Assembly: GCA_002811645.1 (NCBI GenBank)
Contig: PDIP01000018.1
Span: forward strand, 21,609 to 85,608
Origin: Corallochytrium limacisporum Hawaii
Taxonomy: Eukaryota; Protista; Pluriformea
Direction of reading: 5' to 3'
Length of the DNA stretch: 64,000 nt
Part shown: one piece after another, positions 59,257 through 64,000 of the stretch
How positions within the stretch are numbered: the first letter of the stretch is position 1
Layout: each line of letters opens with the position of its first letter
Notes under the pieces: generated by a model
Databases searched by the model: none
Told to the model about the DNA's origin: nothing
Seen by the model: the letters and a program-made list of their open reading frames with translations, nothing else
Program-made: the position numbers and the translations under genes

Positions 59257-61938
59257 ATGGCTGCTTTAGCACCGGGTGAGTCGTCAGAAGAGAACGACGA
59301 AAAGATCGAATCATGGGAGCAGATGTATTCGTCAGTCTTTACACCAACAGTGGAAGATGCGCTAGCGCGCCTGTTTCCCTCGGACGATCCACTAGACCGA
59401 GCTGACTTTGATGTGGTAGACTACCTGAATAATCTGTTCCCAAATGAGCAAAGCCTGGTAAGCGTAGAGTCAATAGCAAAGAAATATACAACACAGATCC
59501 GTCAGATCGAAGAAGGCATTCGGAGCATTGTGCGGTCAGAGAATGGGACACAGATTGATGGTCGAAAATGCCTAGAGGATGCCAACCAATCTGTACGTGA
59601 ACTTACCGGGAAACTAGACGAAATCAAGCGGCGGGCCGAAGAGTCAGAGTCGTTAGTGCAGGATATAACGAGGGACATTAAAGAATTGGACAATGCAAAG
59701 AAGAATCTGACGATATCGGTTGACGTCCTTCAGAAGTTGCAGATCATCATCGATTGTCTAGACGACTTGGAAGAACTGGCGAATGATCATCGATATCACG
59801 AAGCTGCCAACAAGATCCAGAGTGTACAACAGATTGCCCAGGAATTTGAGCAGTACAAGGACATCCCAAAGATTGCAGAGTTGATCGAAGACTCGAAAGC
59901 CATGCAGAAGCGGCTGAAGGAAGCGATCAACGAGGACTTCAGCTCTGGTTTTCCAGACAATGGACCTCCGATTAGCTGGCAGCTCCTCAAGGCAGCTTGC
60001 GAATCGGCTGAGGCTTTGGGACCCGACTTCAAGAGCGAATTGATCTCCTGGGTAGTGGCTAAGCGCCTGTCAGACCACTCACATCTATTTGATCTGAGCA
60101 CAGAAGACGCATCGTTGGCAATGGTGGACCGCCGGTATGCGTACCTTAAGCGCAAGCTAACAAGTTTTGACGAAGACTGTCGTAAGATATTCCCACAGGA
60201 ATGGGACATGCCGAAGCACATGTCTCTACACTTTTGTCATTTGACTAGACTTGACCTACAGAAATTGTTGAAGGCAAAGAAGGACAACATTGACCTCAAG
60301 ACGTTCCGGGTGGCGCTTGCAAAGACTTTAAAGTTTGAGAGGTTCCTGGCCATGCGGTTCGTGGCGTTGAATCCACAGCATTCCAACCTTAGTCGTTTGA
60401 CTGTTGATGGACCGGGTCGAGATAGTGATCGCTTCTCCATCGAAGGGACTGCTCGTGTCTCCCAGGAGGGTGCGGACAGCAGCAGTGAGTTCGCTAACAT
60501 TATTACGAGCGTATTTGCGAAGCACATTGACATTTACTACGCTGCACAGAATAAGAACATTGGGGAAATGATTGACGGCTTTGTTAAGACCATGAAGACG
60601 GAAGGATTCACAGATTTCAAGGTCCTGCCCTGCTGTGGAGACCTTTTCAGTTTCTTCCGCATCTGTCTCAACGAATTGAAGCCGTTGAACGATATCAAGT
60701 GCATCAGCGAGGTTGGCAAAATTTTCCACGAGAATCTTAATCTGTTTGCACACAAGGTCCTGATTGGATCCTTACCCAAGTCCTCACCTGGTGCCATGGG
60801 GTCGGCAGTCTCTAACATTTTGAAAGACATAAAGATCACTGACGGATCCGGAGCGATGATGAGTGAGACGGAAGTCAAGCAGACTTGCGTGATCCTAAAC
60901 AGTGGTGAGTACTGTCTCGACGTGGCAAAGCAGTTGGAGAAGAAGCTGAATGAAAAGCTCACCACGCAGGATGCCATAGCTCGGGGCAAGGGCAGCGCTG
61001 CCGAAAGTGACAAGTCTGAGGGTGGCACTAGCAAACGGGACGAACCCAGCAGTAGCAGCATCAAGAAGGTGGACATGGGCGATGCCAAGAATCTCTTTAC
61101 GGAGACCATCTACTCATCCATAGCTGTCCTGGCAAAGGGCCTCGAGAACATGCTGGAGGGAGATCTGCAGAGCCTGTCGAAGAATCGCTGGGACGCAAAG
61201 TCAGGAATGGAAAAGAGTACTTATCTGGAAAACGTTGAGGGTTGCTTGAACAAAATGATTCCAATCATTCGTGGCTCCGTGGCGACTCCGAAGCACTTCA
61301 ATGCCATGTGTCTCAAATTCGTCAACGGTTTCATTCCCGCCTTGATGAATGCTATTTACCGGTGCCGTAATGTCACAGTGACAGGTGCGGAAAGGTTGCT
61401 ACTGGATGTACAGTCTCTGAAGACGCTTCTTCTCGAACTGCCCAGTCTACAGGCTAGCACCTCCGTTTCGGTTCCGGCTAGCTACCAAAAGATTGTTGTG
61501 ACGCAGATGGGCCAGGTCGAGTCGCTCCTGATGGTGCTTATGACGCCATGCGAGCCTCCTCAGCCGTTCGTTGACAGCTATGTGGACCTACTTAAAGATG
61601 ACAAGAAGGACATGGTCGAGTTTGTGAAGATCCTGGATATTCGCGGACTAAAGCGACATGAGCAACAGGCACTGACCGATGCGTTCAAGGTCACTCTGCC
61701 GCAAGCGGCGGGCACAACCAGCAATGCTAGCACCGTCGCCAGTGATGCCATGCGCAACGTGAGTTCTGCGCTGGCTGGCGGAACCACGTCTGCCACTGGT
61801 GCTGCCAACAAAGCGAGTGGCGCAAGTGAGTCCAGCGCACCTGCCACCGGTGACAGCAGCACGTCTAGTAAGATCAGTGCAAGCCCGTACATGATGAAAC
61901 TGTCACAGTTCCTGCGCACTGGCCGCCACAAGAGTTAG
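59257..61938 (+). CDS. VPS53: GARP/EARP subunit Vps53
   Basis: DPLDRADFD.VDYLNNLFPNEQSL, ESE.LV.DITRDIKELDNAKKNLT.S, DRRYAYLKR, GAERLLLDVQSLK..L. Confidence 0.95.
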   Translation: MAALAPGESSEENDEKIESWEQMYSSVFTPTVEDALARLFPSDDPLDRADFDVVDYLNNLFPNEQSLVSVESIAKKYTTQIRQIEEGIRSIVRSENGTQIDGRKCLEDANQSVRELTGKLDEIKRRAEESESLVQDITRDIKELDNAKKNLTISVDVLQKLQIIIDCLDDLEELANDHRYHEAANKIQSVQQIAQEFEQYKDIPKIAELIEDSKAMQKRLKEAINEDFSSGFPDNGPPISWQLLKAACESAEALGPDFKSELISWVVAKRLSDHSHLFDLSTEDASLAMVDRRYAYLKRKLTSFDEDCRKIFPQEWDMPKHMSLHFCHLTRLDLQKLLKAKKDNIDLKTFRVALAKTLKFERFLAMRFVALNPQHSNLSRLTVDGPGRDSDRFSIEGTARVSQEGADSSSEFANIITSVFAKHIDIYYAAQNKNIGEMIDGFVKTMKTEGFTDFKVLPCCGDLFSFFRICLNELKPLNDIKCISEVGKIFHENLNLFAHKVLIGSLPKSSPGAMGSAVSNILKDIKITDGSGAMMSETEVKQTCVILNSGEYCLDVAKQLEKKLNEKLTTQDAIARGKGSAAESDKSEGGTSKRDEPSSSSIKKVDMGDAKNLFTETIYSSIAVLAKGLENMLEGDLQSLSKNRWDAKSGMEKSTYLENVEGCLNKMIPIIRGSVATPKHFNAMCLKFVNGFIPALMNAIYRCRNVTVTGAERLLLDVQSLKTLLLELPSLQASTSVSVPASYQKIVVTQMGQVESLLMVLMTPCEPPQPFVDSYVDLLKDDKKDMVEFVKILDIRGLKRHEQQALTDAFKVTLPQAAGTTSNASTVASDAMRNVSSALAGGTTSATGAANKASGASESSAPATGDSSTSSKISASPYMMKLSQFLRTGRHKS

Positions 61939-62046
61939 AATAATTGAATAGCGGTACAATAGACTCTACATGAAATTGTTTCTTTAATGTTGGGAGGTGT
62001 TTGCTTTGGTGTTTGATTACTCACTTTGCAAAGCATTGCGGCTAAT

Positions 62047-63882
62047 TCAGCGATGCTTCACTCTCTTGTTGAAGCCAAAGGTGGCCACCGGTCGGGTCTT
62101 CTTGAGCACGCCCTTGGTTGGCTTAATGTCCGGGCTGAAGACAGCCTTGCTCTTGTCCATTTGTCGGTGCACATGATATTCCTGTGCCGTGTTCTTGGAA
62201 AGTTGGATGCGAACTCGCTTCTTGGCGCTTTCACTGAGACCGCTGGGCGTGCCGGTGCTACTTACCTTGGTGCTGCCCTTTGGACTCTTCTTGCCACTGT
62301 TTTGGTGCTTCTGCTTTTTCGATTCTTTCTTGGATAGAGTGGGTGTTGTCTCTTCCGGAGCGATGGCCCGTTTCAACCCATTAGTCTTAGAAACTGTCTT
62401 GTTGTTAGTTACAGCCTTGGCGTCCGGAGTGCGAGGCCGGAGCTTGGCCCGCTGCTTGGTCCGAGGGCTGGGGGACTGGATCGGAGAAGGTGTAACAGGT
62501 CCCTTCTGGGGAGTCACCTCTTCTTCGCCGTCCCCAGACTCCTCGTCGCTTTCACTATCTTCGCTGTCTTCTTCTTCATCGGAGTTATCTACGACAGCAC
62601 CGTTCACACCCCGTCGATTCGATTGAGGCGGTGTGGAGACCAGGAGCAGCTCATCAATGCGGTCTGCCAGCGAGGCAAATTTCTTTCTCATGGCAAACGT
62701 CTGCTTGCGGATGGCTGGGTGCGTCGCCTTGTGGCTAGCCACCGCCTCCAGAATATCTGCAATTTCTCCCGCACCCAAATCCCCGGCAATGGCCATGGCT
62801 TCCACCATCTCCGGCGTCTCTTCAGCGGCAGCTGGGCTTACTTTACGCATCGGAGAGGCCAACGAACTGTCGAGATCGTAGCGTGTTTCCATGACATCAA
62901 AGATGCGCTCAAAACAGCCCGACAGAATGCGCTCACCTACAATGACCCGCTCTGTGACAATAAGATGCCCTCCAATGGTCTCCAGCATTGCGTAGACATT
63001 CTTGGAAGAGATAGGAGCCGTCTCTGCCACGGCTCCCTTCAGCACCTCCGTCCACCAATGCTCATAGACGGCCAGCCGCGGTCCGTCTAAGGATTGCTTC
63101 GATGCCTCGTCCGAAAGTACATTGGCTTCTAGAATAGCAAAAATGTCCTGCACGGCTTCTTCGACCCAGCCATAAGCCGTAATGATTTGAAATTGAACCC
63201 GCATGAACGCTCGAAGGAGGAAGTAGAACTTGTCCAGACGCAAGCGATCAATCTTTGACCATTCCCGGATTAGTGTGCGCCAGAAACAAGCGAGGTAGAG
63301 AATCTGGCGTGGGAGAAGGGCAGCAAACTGATGCAGACTGCCATCAAACCGAGTCAAATTCAAGTCCTCAGCGTTCAAATAGACCACTGGGGTGGCCTCT
63401 TCTGCTGCCGCTGCCTTTGTGTTCTCCTGCTCTTCCTCCTCCTCTTCATCCTCTTCGTCGTCGTCTTCTTCCTTCTCCTCATCCTCATCCTCTTCCTCTT
63501 CCTCATCCTCATCCTCTTCCTCTTCATCCTCTTCTTCCTCGTCACTACTGTCCTCCTCGACGATCGGAGGAGGACCTAGCTCCAACACAATATTTGCTAA
63601 ATTGTTTGCCAGCTCTTCCTGCACAAGCGGTTTGTCGGATAGCCACATGCAGTAGAAGAGAGCCTTCCATAACTTTAGCATATCAATGTACTTGAAGTCT
63701 GGTCGGCTCTGGATGTACTCCACGACCTTGCGCATGGCTGCGGCACGGGCCTTCTTTTGCGGCACGACAAGCCGCCGGGCGAAGTTAATCTGAGTCTGAC
63801 TAATGTCTCCAATGTCTTCGTCCAGCTTAGGCTTCTTAGCCCTCGCCTTAGCGGCCGCTTTGGCATGCCGCTTTTTGCCCAT
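62047..63882 (-). CDS. RRP1: rRNA processing protein Rrp1/Nop52 with an RRP1B-like C-terminus
   Basis: KLWKALFYCMWLSDKPLVQEELA, REWSKIDRLRLDKFYFLLR, acidic insert, C-terminal KKRVRIQLSKN....VFSP..KP.KGVLK. Confidence 0.92.
   Translation of the reverse strand: MGKKRHAKAAAKARAKKPKLDEDIGDISQTQINFARRLVVPQKKARAAAMRKVVEYIQSRPDFKYIDMLKLWKALFYCMWLSDKPLVQEELANNLANIVLELGPPPIVEEDSSDEEEEDEEEEDEDEEEEEDEDEEKEEDDDEEDEEEEEEQENTKAAAAEEATPVVYLNAEDLNLTRFDGSLHQFAALLPRQILYLACFWRTLIREWSKIDRLRLDKFYFLLRAFMRVQFQIITAYGWVEEAVQDIFAILEANVLSDEASKQSLDGPRLAVYEHWWTEVLKGAVAETAPISSKNVYAMLETIGGHLIVTERVIVGERILSGCFERIFDVMETRYDLDSSLASPMRKVSPAAAEETPEMVEAMAIAGDLGAGEIADILEAVASHKATHPAIRKQTFAMRKKFASLADRIDELLLVSTPPQSNRRGVNGAVVDNSDEEEDSEDSESDEESGDGEEEVTPQKGPVTPSPIQSPSPRTKQRAKLRPRTPDAKAVTNNKTVSKTNGLKRAIAPEETTPTLSKKESKKQKHQNSGKKSPKGSTKVSSTGTPSGLSESAKKRVRIQLSKNTAQEYHVHRQMDKSKAVFSPDIKPTKGVLKKTRPVATFGFNKRVKHR
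63425..63560 (-). repeat. Low-complexity GAR/GAY triplet tract encoding poly-Glu/Asp inside RRP1
   Basis: Repeated TCC/TCA/TCT triplets on the + strand. Confidence 0.85.
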
Positions 63883-64000
63883 GATGACGGTGTCTTACTG
63901 TTTTGTGTCCTTGTGTATCTAAAGTCCTAACCAAGAGTTGTGTTGTTCTACATTATCTGCTTTTCTTTACTACCCTCGTGCTGGACTCTCGTGTCGAACT

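Overview
Gene-dense eukaryotic genomic DNA with about 23 long protein-coding genes, each readable as one uninterrupted ORF, so no coding introns are needed. Genes mostly alternate between divergent and convergent pairs. Convergent gaps are mostly short (64-250 bp). Upstream regions are longer and rich in poly-G/poly-C tracts. The gene set mixes animal-type families (TMC, MRPS28-type bS1m, SMCO4, RRP1B-type C-terminus, an EGF-TM protein) with HIS1, which animals have lost. This points to an intron-poor unicellular holozoan; Corallochytrium-like is my inference, not verified. Most genes are housekeeping: PP2A B'', class II photolyase, F-box/WD40, ADAT1, HIS1, DDHD lipase, PAQR, PhoD, VPS41, AK3, VPS53, RRP1. 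The most unusual items are: (1) a temptin-domain/ferric-reductase fusion with a ~61-bp hairpin-bearing tandem array just downstream; (2) three tandem, intact, highly diverged Mak10/NAA35 paralogs; (3) a minimal single-EGF type-I membrane protein; (4) an orphan mitochondrial-type protein built from ~35-aa repeats; (5) a triple-Myb protein with a telobox. There are three N-gaps, two flanked by duplicated sequence that looks like an assembly artefact. I recognised no tRNA, rRNA, transposon or CRISPR-Cas. All family assignments come from motif recognition by eye, not database searches.
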